Below, one piece after another: positions 39,146 through 51,625 of a DNA stretch of 57,570 nucleotides; the stretch's first letter is position 1; each line of letters opens with the position of its first letter. This DNA is from Geosiphon pyriformis uo1 (Eukaryota > Fungi > Glomeromycota), in assembly GCA_016748015.1 (NCBI GenBank), contig JAAOMT010000021.1:10995-68564 (forward strand). The letters run 5' to 3'. The position numbers were made by a program, and so were the translations under genes. The notes under the pieces were generated by a model that worked only from the letters and a program-made list of their open reading frames with translations, made no database searches and was not told the DNA's origin.

Positions 39146-42100
39146 GTTTTTAGTTCAAAATTTATTATAACAAATTTGCATAAAATCAGATATTTAAGAC
39201 ATTTTATTGTCATTGAAAACCAGAAGACTTTATATAATTGACAGATTATTGATTGGTTAGAATGATCTGAGAATTGAAAATATATATCTTTCGGTGAAAT
39301 AGGGTATGTCTTAAACATCATCTCGGCTTAAAATAATACCAATATAAATTTTTTTTAATTTTTTAATTATCAAAGATAAAATTTTAAGATATATTATAGT
39401 CATAATAATAGATTTCAATTTCACAAACTTCATAATATAATTGCGCGTGAGACGCTATTATTGTCTGTAGTATAAAAAGTGCCATAAATTTCGCCTATTA
39501 CCGTTTTCAATGTAAAATTGCCGTTTGCGAAAGGCAAATTAGCTGCAATCCTAGCATTTTAATAGTAGAGAAATAACAAAAAATACTTGACTCTTAAAAA
39601 ACAATGGAAAATATCGGTATATGAGAAAACTAAATGCATTTTTGAATTTCAAGAGTATCGATCCTTTAATATATATTTTGTAACATACTGAACTGATCCT
39701 ACTAATGAATACACAATTTAAGTTGGAAGTTTTTCAATGAAGGTAGAATTAATTTAGAGAATTTTACATTTTAAGTAATAGGTTCCGAATGTTAAATTAT
39801 TTGAAATATATTTTAGGAACATTTTCATAGATACTTTTTCAAATTTGATTCACACTATGAAAAATCCTGAAACTGTTCTAGAAGAAAATTTCAGGACTTT
39901 TCAAGCGACAATAAAGTAAATGATGGAGTCAATTATAATGAATGGATTTTATCAGAGTATTTAAAGAATATTAACAAAATTCTAAAAGGAATGTTCGACA
40001 CTGTGACAACCTATTGCTCGGCCTTGACAATTAGATGTTCCTGAAACGATAATGGGAAAAGATTTTATATTATATTTTAGTCTAATGATTTGTCATATCT
40101 GACATCTAAAACGGTTGGATGACGATTGAATCAAATTTGCGAGTAAATTAGGATTGCTTTTCTGTGGATTTCACTCTGCAGACACACAATCCTTCGTTGT
40201 ATATGTGAGACTGATTTACCGAGTCGCTGGTGTTATGGAAGGATTTCCCTAGAAAATTTTAGGTGCTTTGAAATTTATAATCTAAAATTGCTCCACTAAC
40301 TGCCGAATAATACCAAAGCTTCTGTTATTTTCGATGGATAAATAATTTTAAACTTTACTATTCATGAGAGTTTAATTACTTAAACTTCCATTTAGGATGA
40401 TTAGGCTAGAAGCTTTATTATACTTTAATTAAGTTTTTTTTCGATTTCCATGTATTTTTATAGCAATAGGCTGTTCTATTACCTAGCTTTAATCAGCTAA
40501 TATCTCCAATGTTAATACTTTCTTAAAATTTGAGTCTATAGCTGGTCAAAATTTCAACATTAAAATCAATTCTTTAATAAGTTGCTTAATAGAATTATTG
40601 ATTATTAGATAGAATTATAAAGTTATTTAGAAAAACTCATAAATCACTATTAAACGTTTTTTAATATGGTTAGAATAGAACATGTTCTTAAATTTTTATA
40701 ACTCTTAGGAATCTTTTATTAAAGTAAAAAAAAGGTTTCTGAATATATATTTAAGTTTTTTCTTCAATAAAAAGATAAAAGTACTTTATGAAGCCTACCT
40801 TTTCAGAATTTGTTAATAATTTACTGGAAATGATAAAAAATAGAAACATTTATGTTATGGATCTAAATCAGCAGGCTAAGATGAGCTTTGAACAAGTCAT
40901 GAATTTTGAATCTGAACAGATAAGTCTATTTATTATTAAGAGTATTTGAAAAAAAAGATCCATTCCTATTAAATTTTAGAAAATTTATTGATCAAATCAG
41001 AGTCTTTTATCTCTACTGAATTCCATTTTCCCCTTATTTGAATTTTGGGTGAATAACGACAATGGTTTCTTATATGATCTAAGGATCTTCCTGGGAGTAA
41101 TCGCTGTATTTGTTTCCAATTCTTACCATGATCTTGAAAAGCCTTAGCTAATTGATGAAACTCTTCGTTTGTCCATGGACTCCTTTAAATCCCAGGTGCC
41201 AAGTAGTTATTGTAATGTGATTGAATTAACTGAGCGGGCCTTTGAATAATATGACTTATTTCTGTCCATTTTTTTCCATGGCTCTGCACTAGACTCAAAA
41301 GTTTTTCATCTTCTTGCTTGGTCCATCGACCACGTTTTGGTTGCGCTAAAACACTGTGATATCGACGACATAAGTCTGTAGTACTTCTTCCAGGAAAACG
41401 GCCAGTTAACAAAATGGCTTTCCAATCAACATTTTTATTGAATGATTGTCGTATAACACCTATGTACAACTCTTTATCCTCTTTCGACGTCCAATTTTTT
41501 GACTTTACGGTAAGTTTCTGGTTAATAATTGCTCCATTAGCTGTTAAGCTATACCATTTACATTCTAGAGATTTAGCTGTTCTTAATGGAAAGTGCTTTT
41601 GTGAAATTAATTTCCATTTTGAGCCGAAAACTTTATATGCCTCAAGAAGAGCTTTACTTTCTTCAAGGCTCCATCTTGGAGGATATTTTGGGGAAGAAAT
41701 TTCATAAACGTTTGATAAAGTATTGTTTGTATTTCCTAGTATTTCGGGGAATTGCCGGCTAATAGTAAAGATTAAAATTAGATGAAATTCAAAATTGGTT
41801 AAAATTTGTAGCGGCTTACTTTAATCTCCTTAAAGTCAACCATATGCAAAGGGCGAGACCTATTGTATTACTAGTTTGCGGTTTTAACATAAGATTATTG
41901 TAACTCAAGATATTAGAAATTTTTTTTTTTTCTAATCTCTGTTTATATCTGTAAACATATGGCCGATCATCTTGTTGTGCTAAAAGCAAATAAATTCTTT
42001 GTTCTCTGTCAACGCCACTTGCAGTGATCCTTTCCAAGCTAATAATTAATCATCTTCAATAAAACTTGTATAAAAATTTTCGTCGCTTTTGATCAATTGA

Positions 42101-43220
42101 AGATTAGTTTACTTAAATGAATAAAATTTATTGAGCAAAAATATTCCATATTGAACTGTAAAGATGTTTTGATAGATATAAGTTTTAATAAGTTTATGTG
42201 AATAATATTCCTCTTTTCATCTTAAGTTTAAAAGTTTTTTTATTTTTACTCAAGGGTTCAATCATTTAAAACCATACTTCTAACAAACTTCGATTTAGAA
42301 TTTCTTATGCGCGAAAATTCTCTTCATTCTCCCAATATCTTTTAAATTTAAATTTTTTTTTCACAGAGTGGAAATTTCATAATTATTCAAATTGTTAACG
42401 TTAAAGAACAAAATTTTGTTAAGCAACACCAAATAAGAATATGATCGAATTTGAAAGATAATTTATGTTTTTTCATAGAAAGAAACATTTAGACTAAAAA
42501 ACGACTAGCTTAAGATAATACAAGAAACTGACTTTTAACAAAATCATTTTTATTATTATTGACATTTATTTAAAATGTTTATATAAGTAATGAAAAATTA
42601 TTATAATATTTAAAAACTTAGTTCAAAAAGGTTTCATTAATTAGTTTGAATAAAATTGCTTCAAATGACCTATTTTCTTATAAGCACATTACACAATTTC
42701 AATTTAAGCAAAATCAAAGCTCTTAGCATCTTAATTGCGATGAAAATCTCTTAATTTTGTGGTACTCCATACTTCACTCACCTAATAGCGAAAATATAAA
42801 GGAAGGTTTCATTTATATCTGCAAGCGCGTTGCTGGAGAAATGTAGAACTTTTCTAAAAATCTTCGCTTTATAAAACTTTATTATGCTAATTGAAAAACA
42901 ATCTTATTAGGTGGAAAAGGTAATAAAAATTTATTTACGCGGTATTAGTGGCCATGGACCGTGCAAGCAAAGAACACACTTAGATCCGTGGCAAAAAATA
43001 AGCTATATCCTTAAAACGACCGCTAGTTTGCTTTAAATCGCACTACAATAATCACACTCAATACTCAATTGACACCTAGGGTTAAAGAGTGCCGATAGAC
43101 AAAGAGCTAATAATTGGCTAAAATCATAGTGAGGATTGGGATCAAATACTACAATTAATTCCGGAAAGATCTTTTGTTGAATAAAGAAAATGGTATTTTA
43201 TCCAAAACATGTAGAAACCT
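39146..43220. repeat. Direct segmental duplicate of ~30985-36180 (without the Tc1 element)
   Basis: Colinear intergenic and Myb sequence, e.g. tttttagttcaaaatt..caaatttgcataaaatc at 30985 and 39147; 40955-41180 is nearly identical to 32518-32745. Confidence 0.9.
40969..41890 (-). pseudogene. Myb subfamily A copy A3; single premature stop (AAA>TAA) at 41185-41187
   Basis: Colinear with A2, same intron position; one nonsense substitution after repeat 3. Confidence 0.88.
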
Positions 43221-43230
43221 ATTAAATATT
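42900..43230 (+). pseudogene. Degraded Myb remnant (C2)
   Basis: Fragments GPWT, WQKISYILK, SHYNN and HSEDWDQILQLIPERS. Confidence 0.65.
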
Positions 43231-43331
43231 TAAGGTTGAAATTACATAATAACTGACAATGTCTTCCTGCATATAGAGTGTATAAAAAATATATATAAAC
43301 TAAATTAATATGATCTACTAATTCAAATGAT

Positions 43332-44744
43332 ATGAAAGTTGGAAGTTTAAACTATTATGAATATATCTCATGGGAAAATTTCAAGAATGTCAACAAAATT
43401 GGTAGAGGAGGATTCGGGACAATTTATAGGGCAACAGTAATAAATGGATTCATTAATGATAGAAGTATAAAACATCATGGTGAAATGGAATATAAAAAAT
43501 GGGGAGAGATAGAAGTTGCAATCAAATTTATGAACATATCTTTGCAGAACAGTGATGAAATCTTTAAAGAAGTAGGTTCAATGCTTATTTATTACTTAAA
43601 TAAAATTAATTCAATTAAGTATTTATCATTCTTTTACCTTTGATAGTTAAATATTCAAAGAGCTATGTTTATTAAGGGTAGACGTCTATCATTTATCTCT
43701 ACAATATTAGGACTTACACAAAACACTCAAACACTTGAATATGGAATTGTGATGGAGTTTGCCAAACATGGAGATCTGCGGAAGTATTTATCAAAAAAAT
43801 TTTATTCTACAAATTGGTTTGATAAATTACAAATAGCACAGTATGTTGCTTGTGGACTTTCAGAAATTCATTCAGCTGGTATGGTTCATCGTGATTTACA
43901 CTCGGGCAACATCCTACAATTAGATGAAAACTGGGTAAATATTGGAGACCTCGGATTATGTCAACCTACAAACCATGAAGCAACAACAACAGAGGAAAAA
44001 AAGATTTATGGAGTGATTCCATATATTCCACCAGAAGTTTTAAGAGGATAAAAGTTTACAACGGCTGGTGATATTTATAGTTATGGGATGATATTATGGG
44101 AATTGGCAACAGGAAAGCCTCCCTTTTATGATCGTTCTCATGACCAAATCCTTATAATGAACATTTTAAACGGTGCCAGACCTGAAATCACATCCTCTCT
44201 TATTCCATCTTATTACGCTAAACTCATTGAAAAGTGTTGGGATGATAATCCTATGAATCGTCCTACTGCTGAAGAAGTTATCAAAAATTTGGAAGAAATT
44301 AGGAACTTATATAGCGATTGGTTTGAGGAATCAGATAACTACAGAAAAGGAACTATAGAACGCGACGGGACCAAAAAATCTTTAACAAAATTTTCCAAAA
44401 TTATTCGACCCCTAAAAAAATTCTTTAAACGCAACGAGATAAATAATTTTAAAACCAAGTCTCTAATGAATATTAATCCAGGAGCAGTTTATACGAGTCG
44501 TCTTTTAACTGCTCAAATGGTTAATTTTTCAACAGGTTTGTTAATATATTTATTTAACAATTATTCCTAATTAAAATTTATACCTAAAATAATTTCATAA
44601 TTCCAAATTGAAAGGACCGGTTTATCTTCCTAAAGGTAAGAACTGAAGGTTAAATTTTCAATATGTTTAATCACAATTTTTTAACGCTTGGTTTGCTATC
44701 TATTGTATTTAGACGACTCTCAAGAGATTTATTATAATCGATGA
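43332..44744 (+). pseudogene. Tyrosine-kinase-like kinase K1: 5'-truncated, nonsense codon at 44049-44051
   Basis: GRGGFG, VAIK, HRDLHSGN, DLG, YIPPE, WELATGKPPF; intron positions shared with K2; RG(E>*)KF; lacks the Cys-rich N-terminus. Confidence 0.88.
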
Positions 44745-45455
44745 TTTTAACTTTCTACTTCTGAATAATAGCTATTTTATATTATAATAAAAGGAACAAA
44801 CTATCATAGGATTTTTAAAAAGTATAGGTTTTATATAATTTATAAATTATAAATTAATTATTATATAGATTATAAAACCAAGTGGTTAATATTTTCAAAG
44901 TAAATATTTGCAAAGAAGAATTATAATATTGAAAACAAACCAGCATCTATTTAAAGCTCTTAGATTTAGAATAAACAGTTAATTGGAATTAAATTCATTA
45001 AAGTTTAAATTAATTTAATAATTATATAGATTCTATTTTATTAATATTTAAAAAATTAATTTTCGTATTTATATGTAATTTCTGTTGATTTTTGGGTTTT
45101 TGCAATGTTAATAAATATTTTTATTATATAATATAATTTGAGTATTAAAGATTTTCAACATAAAAATCTTTTTAAATTATTGCATTTTGTGTTCAAAATT
45201 TTTGTAGCATTTTTGAACAAAGTTAAACGCTTGCTTAAAATTTGTTGAAGCATTATTTTATGAAATTAATATTGATATTCAAAGATAAAACGAAAGAGAT
45301 TAAAGTTAAGTTATCATATGTGCATTATTTAAGTAGTATATTAACTAATAAACTATTTAAAGTTTTTCAACTTGCAGGTGGCGTTTGATGATCGGCCACA
45401 TGTTTACATATATAAACAGAGATTGGAAAAAAAAATAGTTTCCAATAATAATCTT

Positions 45456-46420
45456 ATGTTAAAACCGCAAACTAGTAATACAATAGGTCTCGCCCTTTGC
45501 ATATGGTTGACTTTAAGGAGATTAAAGTAAGCCGCTACAAATTTTAACCAATTTTGAATTTCATCTAATTTTAATCTTTACTATTAGCCGGCAATTCCCC
45601 GAAATACTAGGAAATACAAACAATACTTTATCAAACGTTTATGAAATTTCTTCCCCAAAATATTCAAGATGGAGCCTTGAAGAAAGTAAAGCTCTTCTTG
45701 AGGCATATAAAATTTTCGGCTCAAAATGGAAATTAATTTCACAAAAGCACTTTCCATTAAGAACAGCTAAATCTCTCAAATATAAATGGCATGACTTAAA
45801 AGCTAATGGAGAAATTATTAATCAGAAACATACCGTAAAGTCAAAAAAGTGGACACCGGAAGAGGATAAAGAGCTGTATATAGCTGTTGCACAATATTCA
45901 TTGAATAAAAAAGTTGATTGGAAGGCTATTTTATTAAATGGACGTTTTCCTGGAAGAAATAGTAAAGACTTACGCATTCGGTATCGCAATGTTTTAGCGC
46001 AACCAAAACGTGGTCCATGGACCAAGGAAGAAGATGAAAAACTTTTGAATTTAGTACAGAGCCATGGAAAAAAATGGACAGAAATAAGTCATATTATTCA
46101 AAGACTCCCTCGCTCAATTCAATCACATTACAATAACTGCTTGGCACCTGGGATTAAAAGGAGTCGATGGGACAAACGAAGAGTTTCATCAATTAGCTAA
46201 GGCTTTTCAAGTTCATGGTGAGAATTGGGAACAAATACAGCGATTACTCCCAGAAAGGTATTTGGAGTAGATAAAACGCCATTGCGTCAGTCACCCAAAA
46301 TTCAAATAAAAGAGAAAAAAATCTCTGCAAAAATAAAGTTTAGCCCAATCATATAAAAAATATAGAAAGTTTTCATGGGGGAAACCATAAAAAAATCCGA
46401 TTTGATCAATAAATTTTTAT
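45456..46420 (+). pseudogene. Myb subfamily A copy A4; intron 45527-45587; same +1 frameshift as A1 (46169-46171)
   Basis: Paralogous to A1-A3. Confidence 0.85.
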
Positions 46421-47261
46421 TAGATTCCATAGCACTTAAGGAAAGGGTCTTTTTTTTCAAATACTTTTAATAATATAGCACTCCTTCTTTTACATTCAAA
46501 ATTCGCGACTTGTTTTAGGCTCCTCTTAGCCAGCTGATTTAGATGCGTAGCATCAATAATTTATCTTTTTAGCTTATTGCCAGTAAATTATTGACAAATT
46601 TGAAAAAGGTAGGCTTCATAAAGTAGTTTGAGAAAAAAGTTTAAATATATAATCAGAACCCTCATTTTTAATTTATTATATATATTATTTTTATTTTTTA
46701 TGGTTTAATAATTTTATAATAATTTAAGAATTTTAAGCTATTAAAAATTATATTTAAAACCTAAATAAAGCAAAATAATATTAATTATCCCAAAAAGCAT
46801 AGCTTTTTCAAAAGTTTATTTTTAATAGATTAATTTTATAAAAATTAATCTATTCAAACACTGATTAATCAATGAAATATTTTGTATTTAAATTTTAGAA
46901 TCCCATTTTTAACTCAATTTTTAATAAAGAAAAACTTGCAAATTTTATTCAAGTTTAACTATTAACTGTTTATCAATTTGTATTTTATTATCTTTTTTTT
47001 TTTACTATTATTCGTTGAATGATTTTTTTACTTGATGTGAATTACAAAACAATATTTTAAACTGAAAATTCAAATATAAACGAAATACAATGCATTTATA
47101 ATATAAATATATAAGTAATATTTTAGCACATCAGTTTCCATCTCTTAAGATTTTTCTCAACTTCTTTCTTTCTGATCTTCCTAGCTTGATCTGACACGTT
47201 GGCCATCTATATAAATAATTTCGCACTCAAATCACTTATTTTTTTTTTCAATCACAAAACT

Positions 47262-48306
47262 ATGCAAGTCACGATCAAATTGCGTTCTAATTATACCACA
47301 GGTTTTACTATTTGTATTTGGTTAAATTTAATGAAACTGAATTTAAATAAAAAGGAGGTAAGCAACTGCAAATAATCCGCATTCAATAAATAGAAAAGTT
47401 ATCTTATTCACCTATGAATTAGCTGGTGGTTACTAGCCAAGAAGATCATAAAATTTCTGGGTTAAGACATCGTCAGAACTGGACTTCGGAAGAAAAACAA
47501 ATGCTCATTGAGTGTCAAAAGAAGTACGGTTCAAATTGGAAGTTGATTTCTCAGAAATATTTTCAATCAAGAACAATCCTAGCACTGCAAAATAAATTTT
47601 GCAGTTTAAGCGCTGGCGAAAGTATTATTGATGATAGATTAACCAGAAAGGTGCAGAAATGGACACTTAAAGAGGATGAGGAGCTACAATTGGCTGCCAA
47701 GAAATATTTAATCCATAGTAAAATCAATTGGAAATCCATATATTTAACTGGCTGTTTCCCTAAAAGAAGTGCTAAAAGTTTAGCGAATCGGTATTACGAT
47801 AATTTAACGAAACCAAAACGTGGCCTATGGTCTAGAAATGAAGATGAACAACTGCGCAATTTAGTTCAGACACATGGCAAAAAATGGACAAAAATAAGTC
47901 ATATTCTTCAAAGGCCTCCTAAGCTCATACGACAGAAATATATCCGCTACTTGGCACCAGGGAGTAAAATGGGTTATTGGACGTCTGAGGAATTCAAAAT
48001 ATTGGCTGAGAAAGCGGACAGTGCAATGAAAATTGGGAAGAAATTCAAGAATTAATACCTGGGCGACCTTTAGAATTAATTAAAAAAAATTATTACAATT
48101 CCCCGAAAGTTCAAAGGAAGTTCAATAGTGGAAAATGGAATAATATAGAAATACATGATTTAAGTGAAGCAGTCAAAAGATTTGGCAGAAATCTTCAAAA
48201 GATTTCGGAGGCTGTACCTACAAGAAGTCCCCGACAATGTTATCAAAAGATGCGACAGAAAACAAGTTTAAAATACCGCCGTTAATCTGTATTTCTTGAA
48301 CTATAA
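47262..48306 (+). pseudogene. Myb subfamily B copy B3; intron 47358-47422; 1-bp deletion near 48016 and GAA>TAA near 48282
   Basis: 3' half nearly identical to B1; gcggaca vs gcgggaca. Confidence 0.85.
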
Positions 48307-49770
48307 GAAATGTGTATATACATGCATTAAACTTATCTAAATGTGTGGTGTGGATTACATTACCTGTCTTTTTTCATGCTTGAAAAAAATTGAAAGAAGT
48401 AAATGATTACAGCACAAGTCACAAAAAACATCGAAGTAGAGAAATTGATCAAAGCTTAGGGGTTTATTAACATTGTTCAGTTCCATGTCAATAAAAATTG
48501 CGATACTATTAGTATTTTATGATACTTATTTCTATGCTAAAAGAAAATAAAAAGTATAATGAACTTATTTTTTGTAAAAAAAACTGACAATACACTGCAC
48601 AGAAAACCCACCTTGTGTAATTAATTTTTTCCAAACTTTAAAAGCATTATGAAATAAATTTAGTGTCATTTATTATGAATATTTGACATATGTTACTCAT
48701 ATCAAAGATGTAATAGCTAACTGAGAAAGGAATCCTATAACAAACGGAAATCTCACTCCAACTGCTAAAATAACCCGTATAGCTTTTGTGAAAAATAGTG
48801 TATGAAGTTTCAATGCTTTTTTTTCTTGTTTTTGATATAATAAGCTATAAGAAAAACATTGAAACATTGACGAAAAATATTTAATATTTCAAAGAATAAT
48901 TAAACTGCATTACCAGGGTATGCTGTTCGAAATTAAAAAGAACTCTTCTTTCTTGTTCTTGTCGTAAAAGATGCAATTCTTTGAAGCCATATCCATCATG
49001 ACAAATTTTTCTGATGAGCGCGCTAAACACACATTAGCAAAAATTAATAAAAGTGAATTATTTCGATCATCTTACAGACCAAAATATCAATAAGATAAAT
49101 ATTGATTTTTAAAGCTTATAAATAACTCAAAACTTTCATAGGAAAACCGAACGCTGTGAAAATTTTTTTCAAAGTTTATTACTATCAATAATTGATTATT
49201 CTGGTAATGAGTTTTTATTTTATAATTTCTTTTAGTTATTTAAAATTTTTTAAAAACGTCCAAAATAATTTGAATCTTTTGAAACTTATTTAATTATTAT
49301 TAATACTATAATAATTTTTTAAAAAGTTGAAAAGCGATCACTATTATATGCTGGCAAGATTATTATACTAGATTGTTTTTTTTATATCGATAAAAATCTA
49401 AGAAATCATTATCTTGATAATAGATAATAGATTTTTAATATTAAAAGATTTGAATGAATTGGACGGGATTGTTTTAAAGATATTTTGCAACAGCAGACTT
49501 GAAATTAAATTATAGAGATATTTTCTTCATAATCAAATAATTTCATAACATAACATGAGTTCTTGGAAAAAAACCTGTTGAAATCCGGCTGATTTTTCAC
49601 ACAATATGTTTGATTGTTCGTGATAAAGCTGAAATGGATTAAACAGTCATTTTTTTAGTTAGATCCCGATATAAATTAGATAAATTTAATAGTGTATGCA
49701 TTCAAAAGTCGGCTTATACGTAATAAACACGTGTTTAAGAGTTCAGCCTTTGAAATATTGTTACATATAA

Positions 49771-51625
49771 ATGCTTTCAAAAAGAAACACTTCTTTTCAA
49801 AATTCATTAATAAATTCACATTCTCATAATAGTTACTCAGATTTTATCTGCATCATGGAAAATCTTTTAAATAAAAGAACTCCTCCGGAAACTCATGATT
49901 GCAACGAGTGTGAAATATGTCAAAAGAGCATTAGTAATAATGATCCAAGTAATAAGTGTAGAGCGTGCCAATTCATATTTTTTAAGAAATTTTACAAGGA
50001 CTTTTCAAGCGGAAATAAATTAGTTGATGAAATCATTAAGAATCCAATTTATATTCCGCCTATTGATAAAAAAGATAAGTATGGTAGAGTCAATTATTAT
50101 AATTGGATTCCATGGGATCGTTTAAAGAATATAAGCAAAATTGGTGAAGGAGGGTTTGGCGCAATTTATAAAGCAACATGGATTGATGGAAGGATTGATT
50201 CAACTAGTATAAAACATCATGGTGCAATGGAATATAAAAGAATTAAATATATAGACGGTAAGGAAGTAGCAATAAAATTTGTGAAGACGTCTTTACAGAA
50301 TGATGAAGAAGTATTCAAAGAGGTAATCAAATTATTTTTTTCTTATTATTTATATTCATCTGAAAGTTCGTTCAATTCTTATTTAGATATTAATTAATTA
50401 ATTTAATTAACAGTTAAATATTGAAAGAACTATGTTCATAGAGAGTGGTTACATGTCAGCATATATATCTCATCTAATAGGAATTACACAAAACCCTGAA
50501 ACATTTGAGTATGGAACCGTGATGAACTTTGCCTCAGGTGGAGACCTGCGAAAATATTTAAGAAAGAATTTTCATTCTACGAGTTGGGATGTTAAATTAG
50601 AGATCGCGCGGGCTATAGCTTATGGACTTAAAGAAATGCATTCTGTTGGTATGATTCATCGTGACCTACACTCCGGCAACATCCTACAGTATGATCAATC
50701 GGAATCATCGACTACAGCAATTGGAGACCTCGGATTATGTCAAACTACAAATAAAGAAATAATAAACTCCGGAACAAAAACAGCAATAACAACAGCAGAC
50801 AATGAAACATTAAACTCAAAAACAAGAACAGGAGGGAACAAAGGAATATTCGGAGTGATTCCCTACATTCCACCAGAAGTTTTAAGAGGGGAAGAGTTTA
50901 CGACAGCTGGTGATATTTATAGTTTTGCCATGATATTATGGGAATTGGCAACAGGAATGCCTCCCTTTCATGATTTTTCTCATGATCAAAACCTTATAAT
51001 AGCTATTTTAAATGGTCAAAGACCTAACATTACTTCCCTCCTTATTCCATCTTGCATTGCTGAACTTATTGAAAAGTGTTGGGATATAAATCCATCAAAT
51101 CGTCCTACTGCTGAAGAAGTGGAAAAGAAGTTGAATAAACTCCAAGATTTGTACTTAAAACCATTTGGAATTGAGAGTTCTGAATTTTTACAATTTAAGG
51201 AATCAGAAAAGTACATAAAAAAAAGTACGAAAGACAACCACCCGACAACAAAACCTTTTGGAGGAACTATTCAACGTCTTAAAAATTATATCAAACAAGA
51301 CATGAAAACAAAATCCTTAAACGAATCTGCAACAACAAATATTCATCCAGGTGCAATTTATACAAGTCGTCTTTTAACTGCGCAAATTGTTGATTTTTCA
51401 ACAGGTTTGTTCATTTAACTTAGAAAAGGCTTAAATTGATTGGTTAATTTATTCAATATTTAACACTTACAATTAATCTGTGAATTCTTTAATTTAAAAG
51501 ATTCTATCTATTTACCCGAAGGTAAGAATCTAACCAAATTTAAAGATAAATATAATTCATTGTTAATCTGTTTTTTATTCTTATTATTAGATAAAAGTGA
51601 TCAGAGATCGGTGTTTAATTTCTAA
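49771..51625 (+). CDS. Tyrosine-kinase-like protein kinase K2 (intact); exons 49771 or 49856 to 50322, 50414-51404, 51501-51521, 51591-51625
   Basis: Cys-rich N-terminus (CNECEICQ...CRAC), SGNKLVDEII, GEGGFG, VAIK, HRDLHSGN, DLG, YIPPE; all introns GT-AG and in frame. Confidence 0.92.
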
